Origin: Pyrobaculum sp.
GTDB taxonomy: Archaea; Thermoproteota; Thermoprotei; Thermoproteales; Thermoproteaceae
Assembly (NCBI GenBank): GCA_046293555.1
Contig: JBKBOT010000018.1
Span: 1-30,304 of the forward strand
Direction of reading: 5' to 3'
DNA length: 30,304 bases
Shown: positions 9,706-18,401 of the stretch, piece after piece
How positions within the stretch are numbered: position 1 is the first letter of the stretch
Layout of the letters: each line of letters starts with the position of its first letter
The notes under the pieces: model-generated
Seen by the model: only the letters and a program-made list of their open reading frames with translations
What the model was told of the DNA's origin: nothing
The model's database searches: none
Position numbers and translations under genes: made by a program

Positions 9706-10037
9706 TGTTCGGTAAGTAGCTTGAAGAGCTCCTTTATTTCGCCGTCTGAAAAGTCCCGTCTTTCTAGATATGAGAGCAGTAGTTTTAACTCGTCTATAGA
9801 CTCTATAGAGAGGTTTACCAGCTGGATTGCGGTAATTTTAGTAAAGCCAAATTTCTCCATAATTTTTTTTACTAACGCCTCTGCGGCGTCGCCACTTCTC
9901 CTAGCTGTCTTCTCAAGGTAGTCAAGTGTTTTCCGCTGTTCTTCAGAGAGCTGGGCGGCTGTGGAGAGCTCTTTTAATATCTCCAACGCCCTGGCGTTAG
10001 TGATCTCTTCAGACTTTCTTATCCTTTTTATACTCAC
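9702..10037 (-). CDS. rpoF: RNA polymerase subunit Rpo4 (F)
   Basis: ITNARALEIL...QRKTLDYLEK...AIQLVNL...DELK pattern; context between rpl21e and DUF655. Confidence 0.85.
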   Translation of the reverse strand: MSIKRIRKSEEITNARALEILKELSTAAQLSEEQRKTLDYLEKTARRSGDAAEALVKKIMEKFGFTKITAIQLVNLSIESIDELKLLLSYLERRDFSDGEIKELFKLLTEQ

Positions 10038-10055
10038 CTGCCTATTGTTGCACCA

Positions 10056-10089
10056 TGTTTAAATGTTATACTGCTGAAAAATTTTAAAA
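10056..10089. promoter_or_regulatory. Divergent TATA boxes for rpoF (-) and rpl21e (+)
   Basis: TTTAAACA on minus (10063-10056), 26 nt before GTG 10037; TTTTAAAA on plus (10082-10089), 27 nt before ATG 10109. Confidence 0.55.
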
Positions 10090-10108
10090 CGTAGAGTTGT
10101 CTAGCGGC

Positions 10109-10411
10109 ATGGTAAAGCGGACTCATGGATATCGGTATAAATCAAGGAAATTACTATCTAAAACCCCGAGAGAGAGAGGGCCACGGGGCCTTTCTAGGCT
10201 GCTGTATGAATACAACCCTGGCGACAAGGTGGTGATAGACATAGACCCCACCTATATATCTACTGCGCCTCACAGGCGGTATCAAGGCAAGGTGGGCGTG
10301 GTGGTGGGGACGCGGGGTAGGGCCTACGTGATTGAGACATATCTAGGAGACAAGAAGAAGGTCGTCATAACTACCTCCGAACACCTACGTCCACATCAGG
10401 GCGGCAGCTGA
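10109..10411 (+). CDS. rpl21e: 50S ribosomal protein L21e
   Basis: MVKRTHGYRYKSRKLL...PHRRYQGKVGVV...EHLRP; start set at ATG 10109. Confidence 0.96.
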   Translation: MVKRTHGYRYKSRKLLSKTPRERGPRGLSRLLYEYNPGDKVVIDIDPTYISTAPHRRYQGKVGVVVGTRGRAYVIETYLGDKKKVVITTSEHLRPHQGGS

Positions 10412-11145
10412 GCGTCTTCGCCAGCTGTGTAATGTAGCTGGATTCTATAATACAGTCTGTCAAGCCCCTCTCCAGTCTTTGCGGAGATAAATAACGGCTC
10501 TAGGAACCCGCCGGCGTATGCCACAGAACGTAATATCTCCTTCTCGTATGTAGGCAGTTCTATAGACTCAAGTAGAGAGTCTGGGTCTTCCGCCCAGTTG
10601 GCTATGTTGGCCATAGCCTCTTCTCTCAAGAGGTCGGCCTTGTTTACCGCTAGTATCTGAGACTTCTTGAACCGGATCCTACTAGATAGCGCCAGTAACA
10701 TCGTGGTGGCGAAGCCGTCTACAGTCTGTACATATACGGCGTCTGCCACATATACCACAAGGCTGTGGACATCTGAAAGCCTCTGTATTAAATATGCCCC
10801 ACTCTGTCTAAAGGCAAAAAGCTCCATCTGCCCCGGCGTGTCTATTAGATACATGGGGGCCCCCACCGCCTCTAGCTCCTCTTTTATTCTCTCTGCCTCT
10901 GTTATCGCCATGTCTACTGCCGCAATTATGGAGGCATTTGGGCCGAGCTTAAACTCTCTCATGATCTTTCTGGCGTTAACTCTATCTCTAATGTCGATAT
11001 CTGGAACATATGGCAGATACTCCGCGGCGGGGTCTAAGTTGACAACACCTACGTCGTACCCCCTCTCGTCTAGCCAGTTATACAATGCGGACACCAATGT
11101 GGACTTGCCGGAACCCGCCGTGCCTATAAAAAATATTGTGTACAT
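10396..11145 (-). CDS. GPN-loop GTPase
   Basis: GTAGSGKST, NLDPA, LGPNA, DTPGQME, NKAD and SAK motifs. Confidence 0.94.
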   Translation of the reverse strand: MYTIFFIGTAGSGKSTLVSALYNWLDERGYDVGVVNLDPAAEYLPYVPDIDIRDRVNARKIMREFKLGPNASIIAAVDMAITEAERIKEELEAVGAPMYLIDTPGQMELFAFRQSGAYLIQRLSDVHSLVVYVADAVYVQTVDGFATTMLLALSSRIRFKKSQILAVNKADLLREEAMANIANWAEDPDSLLESIELPTYEKEILRSVAYAGGFLEPLFISAKTGEGLDRLYYRIQLHYTAGEDAQLPP

Positions 11146-11432
11146 TACTTTCTCAACTCTCTGACTGCCTTAGCTATCTTTAACGCCAGCTGTCTAATCT
11201 TCTCATTGGTCCTAACTATAAAGTATCCCTGTCTTTCGTCAAACCAGAGCGCTGGATATTTCTTATCTGGAAAAAACTGGTACTCATAGCCAAGTCTCTC
11301 CAAGGCCTGTCTCACCTCGTCTAGAGTGGGTTTAACCACGGCGTGATGTCTAGAAACTATCCTACCTCTAGACTTGGGCACCGTGGCGTCTAGATATATA
11401 AGCCAGAGTACCCTGCCGCCCCTTTTCTTCAT
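11145..11432 (-). CDS. srp19: Signal recognition particle protein SRP19
   Basis: [18 protein letters not shown]...[10 protein letters not shown]...DKKYP; follows rps8e. Confidence 0.88.
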   Translation of the reverse strand: MKKRGGRVLWLIYLDATVPKSRGRIVSRHHAVVKPTLDEVRQALERLGYEYQFFPDKKYPALWFDERQGYFIVRTNEKIRQLALKIAKAVRELRK

Positions 11433-11824
11433 CCTATAAGGACGGCGTTTATAACCCCGTCTTGACCTGGCCTAGAGGTAACCACAGCCCTTCCCACTTC
11501 TGTCTGTATTATAGCTCCCCTTACGATAAAATTGTGTCTAGCGTATTCCGGATTTGACGGGGTGGAGACTATAGATATAATCTTTGTCTTTACATAACGT
11601 CTTTCTTTCGGCACGTAGATATTTGCAAATTTTGCCTCTCTTATCCTCACCTTTATGTTTCCCCCCCGCACTCTTTCTAAAATTCTGACATCTCTCTCGC
11701 CCAGTTTAGGTATCTGTGGCGGCCCCCCTCCAAGTGCCTTTTTCTTAGTCTTTCTCACTCTCCTCTTCTTCCCCCCCGAGGGCTTCATCAAGTCTCTCCC
11801 CTTGTAAAAAGCCCCTAGCTTCAC
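11429..11824 (-). CDS. rps8e: 30S ribosomal protein S8e
   Basis: [29 protein letters not shown]. Confidence 0.97.
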   Translation of the reverse strand: MKLGAFYKGRDLMKPSGGKKRRVRKTKKKALGGGPPQIPKLGERDVRILERVRGGNIKVRIREAKFANIYVPKERRYVKTKIISIVSTPSNPEYARHNFIVRGAIIQTEVGRAVVTSRPGQDGVINAVLIG

Positions 11825-11904
11825 AAGTGGTGAAAATTTGGGGGGTATTTATAATATTACGGCATTTGTGAGAACTGTTATTAAATACACACATCTAGAA
11901 GTCC

Positions 11905-12129
11905 ATGAGGCGTATTGGACGCGCTCTACATTACACCCGTCTTGGCAACCTGGTGGCTAAACTTCATGAAGTCCCCCCACTATACGTCACAGTATATACA
12001 TACACCATGAGAAAAGTGGGCACTCTATACGACGTTATTGGAAACGTCAAAAGCCCCTATGGCTTAATAAAGCCCACCGCCCGCGACGAGTCTATAGTTG
12101 GACAACAGCTCTACATAAAGAGAAAATGA
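11905..12129 (+). CDS. gar1: H/ACA RNP subunit Gar1
   Basis: MRRIGRALH...KVGTLYDVIGNVKSPYGLIKP; conserved gar1-tfb pairing. Confidence 0.88.
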   Translation: MRRIGRALHYTRLGNLVAKLHEVPPLYVTVYTYTMRKVGTLYDVIGNVKSPYGLIKPTARDESIVGQQLYIKRK

Positions 12130-13022
12130 CGCGGCCCCCCATCTTTGAGGCAGATCGGTACTACTGCCCAAACTGTGGGATAGTTAACGACGTCATTGTT
12201 GAATACGACAGGGGACAGGTGGTGTGTAGAAAATGCGGCACTGTGATAAAAGAAAACGTCACAGATCTAGGCCCCGAGTGGAGGAAGCCCGAATCCGCCA
12301 GAGCCTACTCAGGTCCGTTTGGAAGTACGGTAGGTAATATAGAACGTGGGGCCGTCAAGCTGTCAGACAAACTAAAGGCGATAACTCTGAGGAAGTTCAC
12401 CAAGCCCATCTCTATGGCGGCAGAACGCATAGAGATAGACCTCAGAGAGTTTCTAGAATCTGCTAGAGATAAGTTAAACATACCTAAGCCCCTTATGGAG
12501 GAGGCTGTGGCTCTATATAAAAAACTCTACGACGCGGGGTTTAGGGTGACGCAAATAGAGGCATACGCGGCGGTGTTATATTTTGTCTTGAAAAAACATG
12601 GAAGCGCCGTGGCCACGCTGAGGGCCTTTTCGGAAAGACTGGGTGTAGAGAGACACGCCTTGGTGTCTGCCTACATGGAGTTGCTAAATGTCGCCAGCAA
12701 TCTCGGCATTCGGCCCCCCCGTACCGACCCCAGAATTTACATACCTAGAATAGTCTCCTCGCTTGGGATAAGAGACGAAAAGTCTGCAGAAGTGCAGCGG
12801 GTTGCCGTAGATATATTGAGATACATATCGGCTCTCCGCAGTGTGAGAAATGGGAGGAAGCCGCAAGTACTGGCGGCGGCGGCCGTATATTACGCATGTT
12901 ATATTGCCGGCATTGAGGTTACACAAAAAGACTTGGCAAAAGCCGCAGACTCTACAGAGGGGCCGGTGAGGGAGTTATTACGGGAGCTCGCCCGGCGTCT
13001 CTATGTAGAAATTACGATATAA
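12126..13022 (+). CDS. tfb: Transcription initiation factor TFB (divergent paralog)
   Basis: Zn ribbon CPNC...CRKCG, DLGPEWR, cyclin repeats with GRKPQVLAAAAVY and VTQKDLAKAA. Confidence 0.92.
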   Translation: MTRPPIFEADRYYCPNCGIVNDVIVEYDRGQVVCRKCGTVIKENVTDLGPEWRKPESARAYSGPFGSTVGNIERGAVKLSDKLKAITLRKFTKPISMAAERIEIDLREFLESARDKLNIPKPLMEEAVALYKKLYDAGFRVTQIEAYAAVLYFVLKKHGSAVATLRAFSERLGVERHALVSAYMELLNVASNLGIRPPRTDPRIYIPRIVSSLGIRDEKSAEVQRVAVDILRYISALRSVRNGRKPQVLAAAAVYYACYIAGIEVTQKDLAKAADSTEGPVRELLRELARRLYVEITI

Positions 13023-13051
13023 AGTTTTTTAACTAAGGCAAAACTAGCCCC

Positions 13052-13639
13052 ATGCATTTGCCGTACGGCGTGGAGGTGGTGGAGATACCCCAGGGGGTTA
13101 AGGTAGATGTACAGAGGACAGACGCCTTTAGTTATGTGATTAGAGTAAAGGGCCCCCTCGGCGAGATAGCAAAAGAGTTTAAAAACACGCCTGTGGTTAT
13201 AAACCTCCAGGACGGAAAGATCTTGCTAGAAGTCTTTAGCGCCAGGAAGAAAGAATATGCAATGTTGGGAGCCTACAGGGGCATTTTGAAAAACATGTTT
13301 CTAGGCGTTACGAGGGGGTGGCGTTATAAGCTGAAAGTGATATATACCCACTTCCCCATGTTGGTAAAAATACAGGGTGGGCAGTTAGTCATAGAAAATC
13401 TCCTCGGCAGGAAATCTAAAATTGTTCTAAACATCCCCAAAGGTGTGAAAGTAGAAGTTAGGGGTAAGGAAGACGTCGTTGTGGAGGGTATTGACAGAGA
13501 TGTGGTGAGCCAATTTGCCGCCGCCATCCAGCAAGCCACAGAGTTGAGAGGCGACGAGAGGCCATCGCAACACGGCCGCGAGGGCGGGCTTGGGGTAATA
13601 GACGGCATATATGTAGCTGGCTACGAGCACGTAAAATAG
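13052..13639 (+). CDS. rpl6: 50S ribosomal protein L6
   Basis: VKGPLGEI, YKLKVIYTHFPM, DGIYV. Confidence 0.96.
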   Translation: MHLPYGVEVVEIPQGVKVDVQRTDAFSYVIRVKGPLGEIAKEFKNTPVVINLQDGKILLEVFSARKKEYAMLGAYRGILKNMFLGVTRGWRYKLKVIYTHFPMLVKIQGGQLVIENLLGRKSKIVLNIPKGVKVEVRGKEDVVVEGIDRDVVSQFAAAIQQATELRGDERPSQHGREGGLGVIDGIYVAGYEHVK

Positions 13640-14499
13640 CCTAAGAAAATCCCCAGCGGTATCAAGAGGCCTACCGCAAGGTTCATATTAAAACCCAGAG
13701 ATGTCTGACCCCGGATTGCGGCTATTGCGGACATAACCTCCAGGGCGGCCCCCACGGCGGTGGGCACAAGTCCCAGCAGGCCGAGGCCGTAATACAGGTA
13801 GTTGGCTAGATAAAACGCCGCCGAGGTGGAGAGAAACAACATGGCGGCGAGGTCTGCGGCTTTGGCCCCAAGGCAGGCAGGTATACTCCCAAGTCTCTGC
13901 TGTCTGTCAAATTCCATATCCCCTTTGGAGTAAATTACGTCAAAGCCGGCGACCCACAGGGTGGCTGCAAGCACTAAAAGCCACGGGGTGTTGGCTATGG
14001 CGGCTTCTAGCTGGTGTGGATACATCGCTATGGCGGCCCCCAGGGGGACCAGGGCGTACACCAGCCCGAGGTGTAGGTGTGGCATACAGTGTAGCCTCTT
14101 GGCGTATGGGTATGTCAACACCACTACGAGATATGGAAGCGACAAGACTGTAGGCCACGTCCCCAACATGGCTGCCGAGACTAGAAATAGGGCCGCCCCA
14201 AATGTAAACACGCCGTATGCCTCCCTAAAGCTGACCTTTCCGGAGACTAACATCCTGCCCCGCGTCCTGGGGTTAAGCCGGTCTATGGGGTAATCTACAA
14301 TATTGTTCCAAGCCATCCCCGCCGTCCTCAGCCCAAACACGGCAGTGCCGATGAACAACGCCTTCCAGACGTCCAACACGCCGCCGGTCAACACGGCGGC
14401 TGCATACGCCATAGGGAGGGTAAAGACGGTGTGTTCTATTCTGACAAACCGCAGAAGTCTGGCGGCGGTGGCCCCAACTACCTCCGGGTCGAAAGACAC
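13621..14499 (-). CDS. UbiA-family prenyltransferase (MqnP-like)
   Basis: RIEHTVFTLP, NNIVDYPIDRLNPRT.GR, YPYAKR, WVAGFDVIY...D..FD; multi-TM. Confidence 0.88.
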   Translation of the reverse strand: MSFDPEVVGATAARLLRFVRIEHTVFTLPMAYAAAVLTGGVLDVWKALFIGTAVFGLRTAGMAWNNIVDYPIDRLNPRTRGRMLVSGKVSFREAYGVFTFGAALFLVSAAMLGTWPTVLSLPYLVVVLTYPYAKRLHCMPHLHLGLVYALVPLGAAIAMYPHQLEAAIANTPWLLVLAATLWVAGFDVIYSKGDMEFDRQQRLGSIPACLGAKAADLAAMLFLSTSAAFYLANYLYYGLGLLGLVPTAVGAALEVMSAIAAIRGQTSLGFNMNLAVGLLIPLGIFLGYFTCS

Positions 14500-14537
14500 A
14501 ATTCACAAATTTTTTAAATAGAAATACCATACGGCGT

Positions 14538-14948
14538 GTGGACGAAATAGACCGCATCTTGTGGAAAAAAGCGGTAGAGATGTCTAGCGGCGAGAGGTGC
14601 TGTACTCTAAACTACGCCGTGGGCCACATAGCTACAAGTGGCGCACAGCTAAAAAACGCCATAATGGGCTGCAGGGTTGCCTTCGTGATGTTTTTTGGAA
14701 AGACATGTCCATACTGCGCCGCCTTTGACCCCATATTTAGGCAGGTAGGCGAGAGGTATAGAAATATCGCAAATTTTGTAAAAGCCGACATAGAGATTTT
14801 CTACCACCTTGCCGCCTCTCTAGGCATAATGGGGACGCCATCCACCGTGGCTTTTGTAGATGGGCAGCCGGTAGACATGGCGCCAGGCTTTATGACTGCC
14901 CCACAGTTTCGGGCCTTTGTGGAATCTATATTGAGGCAGAGTTGTTAG
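14538..14948 (+). CDS. Thioredoxin-fold protein
   Basis: CPYC active site and cis-Pro motif GIMGTPS; TTTAAATA at 14513-14520. Confidence 0.88.
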   Translation: MDEIDRILWKKAVEMSSGERCCTLNYAVGHIATSGAQLKNAIMGCRVAFVMFFGKTCPYCAAFDPIFRQVGERYRNIANFVKADIEIFYHLAASLGIMGTPSTVAFVDGQPVDMAPGFMTAPQFRAFVESILRQSC

Positions 14949-14972
14949 ATTTTTTAACCCAATAAAGTAGAC

Positions 14973-16316
14973 ATGACCCGCGTGGTGATAATTGGCGGGG
15001 GGGCTGCCGGCGCCTCTGCGGCGGCGAGAGCGCGGAGGTTAGACCCCACCGCGGAGGTTATACTAATAGAGCGGGGCTCTATGATCACACATGCCCCTTG
15101 TGGCATGCCTTACGCCATAGCTGGTATTGCAAAACAAGAGGATTTGATGACATATACCCCAGAGGAGTTTGAAAAAGAGCGTAACATCAAGGTGTTTACT
15201 AACACCACGGCGGTAGACATCGATGTAGATAAAAAGTCTGTCACAATAGATAGGGGTGGGAATAGAGAAAAACTCTCTTGGGACAAGCTGGTGGTAGCTA
15301 CCGGCGCGAGGCCTATAGTGCCTAAAATCCCCGGCGTAGAGCTAAAGGGTGTCCTAACCATGAGACATCCCGACGAGGTGTCAAACCTGAGGGGACACCT
15401 AGAAAAGGCGAAAACTGTGGCTATTGTGGGGGGTGGCTACGTCGGCGTGGAGATGGCCGAGGCTTTGTTAGAACTAGGCAAGAGGGTGGCCCTCTTCGAG
15501 ATGTTTGACCAAATACTCCCAGCGACTTTAGACCCCGACGTCGCCTCGATAGTGGCTGAAGAGATGAAAAACAGGGGGGTGGAGTTGCACCTAGGCGAAA
15601 AGGTGGTGGAGTTTAGAGGCCGCGGCCATGTGGACAAGGTGGTTACCGAGAGGGGGGAGTATCCAGTGGATGAAGTTATTCTCGCCGTGGGCGTAAAGCC
15701 AGACGTAGATCTGGCCGTCCGCGTGGGGGCGAGACTGGGGGAGACTGGCGCCGTATATGTAAATGAGTACATGGAGACAACGGCGCCAGACATATACGCC
15801 GCGGGAGATGTGGCGGAGAAGGTACATAGGGTGACAGGTAGGCGGGTGTGGATACCCCTAGCCCCCACTGCCAACAAGGAGGGGCAGGTGGCGGGGGGCA
15901 ACGCTGTAAGGGGCAGAGTGCTGAAATTTCCCGGAGTCGTGGGGACGGCCGTGACGAAATTCTATAATTTGTACATAGCCAGGACGGGCCTTAGCGAGAG
16001 GGAAGCCTCCCAACTGGGCTACAAGACGCAAGGCGCATTGATAAAGGCGCGAAGCAAGGCACATTACATGCCGGGCGGCGAGGTGGTACATGTCAAGCTT
16101 GTTGCCGAGGAGAATGCCGGCAGACTACTCGGCGTCCAGGTGGTAGGCAAGAGCCCCGTGGTGGCTGCTTATGTGGACATTGCTGCAATAGCTATACAGT
16201 CTGGATACACCACACAAGACCTGTTCTTCTCGGATCTCGGCTATATGCCAGACACGGCGCCTGTATGGCACCCGTTAATTGTGGCCGCCAGGGTGTTAAG
16301 TAGAGGAAAGCTGTAG
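14973..16316 (+). CDS. CoA-disulfide reductase / NADH oxidase family flavoprotein
   Basis: GGGAAG FAD motif, single redox Cys in HAPCGMPY, ATGARP, GGGYVG NAD(P) motif, IYAAGD. Confidence 0.88.
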   Translation: MTRVVIIGGGAAGASAAARARRLDPTAEVILIERGSMITHAPCGMPYAIAGIAKQEDLMTYTPEEFEKERNIKVFTNTTAVDIDVDKKSVTIDRGGNREKLSWDKLVVATGARPIVPKIPGVELKGVLTMRHPDEVSNLRGHLEKAKTVAIVGGGYVGVEMAEALLELGKRVALFEMFDQILPATLDPDVASIVAEEMKNRGVELHLGEKVVEFRGRGHVDKVVTERGEYPVDEVILAVGVKPDVDLAVRVGARLGETGAVYVNEYMETTAPDIYAAGDVAEKVHRVTGRRVWIPLAPTANKEGQVAGGNAVRGRVLKFPGVVGTAVTKFYNLYIARTGLSEREASQLGYKTQGALIKARSKAHYMPGGEVVHVKLVAEENAGRLLGVQVVGKSPVVAAYVDIAAIAIQSGYTTQDLFFSDLGYMPDTAPVWHPLIVAARVLSRGKL

Positions 16317-16348
16317 CCAAACTTTTTTATACATTCTTTATTTATGTC

Positions 16349-17278
16349 ATGATAACAGTTATAGGTAGCGGGAGGGTGGGCACTGCCGCCGCCGCGATTA
16401 TGGGGATACTAAAAATCGACAGAAAGATCTTGCTTATAGACATTGTAAAAGGCTTGCCTCAAGGCGAGGCGCTAGATATGAACCACATGAGCTCAATCTT
16501 AGGTCTCGACGTGGAGTACGAGGGGTCTAACGACTATGGAGACATTGCGGGCAGCGACTTGGTGATAGTTACTGCCGGCTTGGCCAGAAAGCCCGGCATG
16601 ACTCGCGAACAGCTTGTGGAGGCGAATGCGAAAATTGTAAATGAGGTGGGCAGAGAGATTAAAAGACATGCGCCAGACTCTGTGGTGATTTTAACCACAA
16701 ACCCACTCGACGCGATGACCTATGTGATGTGGAAATCCACCGGATTCCCCAGAGAGAGAGTTATCGGGTTTAGTGGCGTTTTAGATGCAGGCCGTCTGGC
16801 ATATTACGCCGCCAAAAGGCTGGGGGTCTCTCCGGCGTCTATATTGCCCATAGTGTTGGGACAACATGGAGAGAGTATGTTCCCAGTGCCAAGTAAGAGC
16901 TTCATACATGGGGTCCCGCTAAGCAGGCTTTTGGCAGAAAGCCAGCTGAAAGAAGTGGTAGACGACACTGTGAAGGCTGGGGCAAAGATCACCGAGTTGA
17001 GAGGCTTCTCTTCAAACTGGGGCCCGGGGGCAGGCCTGGCGATTATGGCTGAGGCAATAAAGCGCGACAGTAGAAGAGCCCTGATAGCCTCTGTCGTGTT
17101 AAGTGGGGAATATGGGGTTTCTGACGTCCCTGTAGAAATCCCGGTGGTGCTTGGAAAAAGTGGTGTGTTAAAAATACTAGAGATAGAACTATCTCCAGAA
17201 GAGAGACAGAAGTTTTTAGAAAGCGTGGAGGCCATACGGAAGCTAATCGGCGTAATACCGCCTGCCTACCTTCAGTAA
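16349..17278 (+). CDS. mdh: Malate dehydrogenase (LDH-like)
   Basis: GSGRVG, TAGLARKPGMTR (Arg specificity residue), TNPLD, LDAGR, GQHG. Confidence 0.93.
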   Translation: MITVIGSGRVGTAAAAIMGILKIDRKILLIDIVKGLPQGEALDMNHMSSILGLDVEYEGSNDYGDIAGSDLVIVTAGLARKPGMTREQLVEANAKIVNEVGREIKRHAPDSVVILTTNPLDAMTYVMWKSTGFPRERVIGFSGVLDAGRLAYYAAKRLGVSPASILPIVLGQHGESMFPVPSKSFIHGVPLSRLLAESQLKEVVDDTVKAGAKITELRGFSSNWGPGAGLAIMAEAIKRDSRRALIASVVLSGEYGVSDVPVEIPVVLGKSGVLKILEIELSPEERQKFLESVEAIRKLIGVIPPAYLQ

Positions 17279-17281
17279 CTC

Positions 17282-17638
17282 GTGTCACAACTACTTGAGA
17301 TAAGGGGCCAAAAGGGGAGACTGGCTGTCGTGGAAGAACTTGGTCACGTCTTCGCGTTGATACCATACACAAAAAAACTTGCGCCGGCGGCGGTACGGGA
17401 GGTGAGAGAACAGACTCTAGACTTTTGGAGATATGTACAGGGTGTGGGGCTTGTGCTAGACTTGACAATATGGCGGGAAGAATCTGGCTTACTTCCTGAA
17501 GATATAAAAAATAGGGTTGAAAACAAGTATAAAGATATACTAGATAAAATTTTTGAAATTCTTGAAAAGTCATCTACAGTATCTAAAAAGAAGAAAAAGA
17601 GAAAAAAGAAGAAAAGTAGAAAAAAGAGGCGGACATAA
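17282..17638 (+). CDS. Hypothetical protein with a Lys/Arg-rich C-terminal tail
   Basis: 118-aa ORF starting 3 nt after mdh and ending KKKKKRKKKKSRKKRRT. Confidence 0.7.
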   Translation: MSQLLEIRGQKGRLAVVEELGHVFALIPYTKKLAPAAVREVREQTLDFWRYVQGVGLVLDLTIWREESGLLPEDIKNRVENKYKDILDKIFEILEKSSTVSKKKKKRKKKKSRKKRRT

Positions 17639-17666
17639 GTTAATAAATACAACTCGTTTTTAGCAC

Positions 17667-18401
17667 ATGGCCGTACCTCTTGGAGGCCCATATGAGGAGG
17701 TGCCACATATCGAGGTAGACGACGAGACTAGAGATATCATAAGAGAGATGTTGTCACAAATGGAAAACCCCGTGGAGGTCCACCTTTTTGCCAGCAGAAC
17801 TTGTGGCGGCAGGGAGACTAACTGGTGTGTACCCACAGAAGAGCTGCTAGATCTATTACTCCAACTTGCCCCAAGCGGAAAACTGGTGGTAAATAAGTAT
17901 CTCTATGAGAAAGACGCCCAGGCGTTTAGAAATTTTGGCGTGGAGTCCCAGCGGGTGCCGGCAGTTTACTTCGGCGACGGCTTTATAAGATATCTCGGAG
18001 CCCCCATGGGGGAGGAGGTGAGGGCGTTTATAGAGACTGTAGTCCGTCTAAGTACCGGCAAGACCGGCTTAAGGCAAAAGACTAGAAGTGAGTTAAACAC
18101 ATTGGCGCAGACGGCCCCCAGGCGGGTGTATGTATATACTATAGTGACGCCGAGCTGTCCCTATTGTCCATACGCGGCGCTTTTGGCAAACATGTTTGCC
18201 TACGAGAGCAGGGGCAGGGTTATATCCATGGTAGTAGAGGCATATGAAAATCCAGATATTGCAGATATGTATGGCGTAACTGGCGTACCCGCTGTGATCT
18301 TACAGTCAGAAGATGCCGCCATGGGCGACGTGGAGTTTGTAGGCGTCCCGCCTGAACACGAGCTGTTGGCGCGAGTTAAGAACCACATGGGGTTAGGATA
18401 G
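17667..18401 (+). CDS. Protein disulfide oxidoreductase (PDO; two thioredoxin folds)
   Basis: N-terminal CGGRETNWC, YLGAPMGEE, C-terminal CPYCP, GVPA and FVG motifs. Confidence 0.9.
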   Translation: MAVPLGGPYEEVPHIEVDDETRDIIREMLSQMENPVEVHLFASRTCGGRETNWCVPTEELLDLLLQLAPSGKLVVNKYLYEKDAQAFRNFGVESQRVPAVYFGDGFIRYLGAPMGEEVRAFIETVVRLSTGKTGLRQKTRSELNTLAQTAPRRVYVYTIVTPSCPYCPYAALLANMFAYESRGRVISMVVEAYENPDIADMYGVTGVPAVILQSEDAAMGDVEFVGVPPEHELLARVKNHMGLG

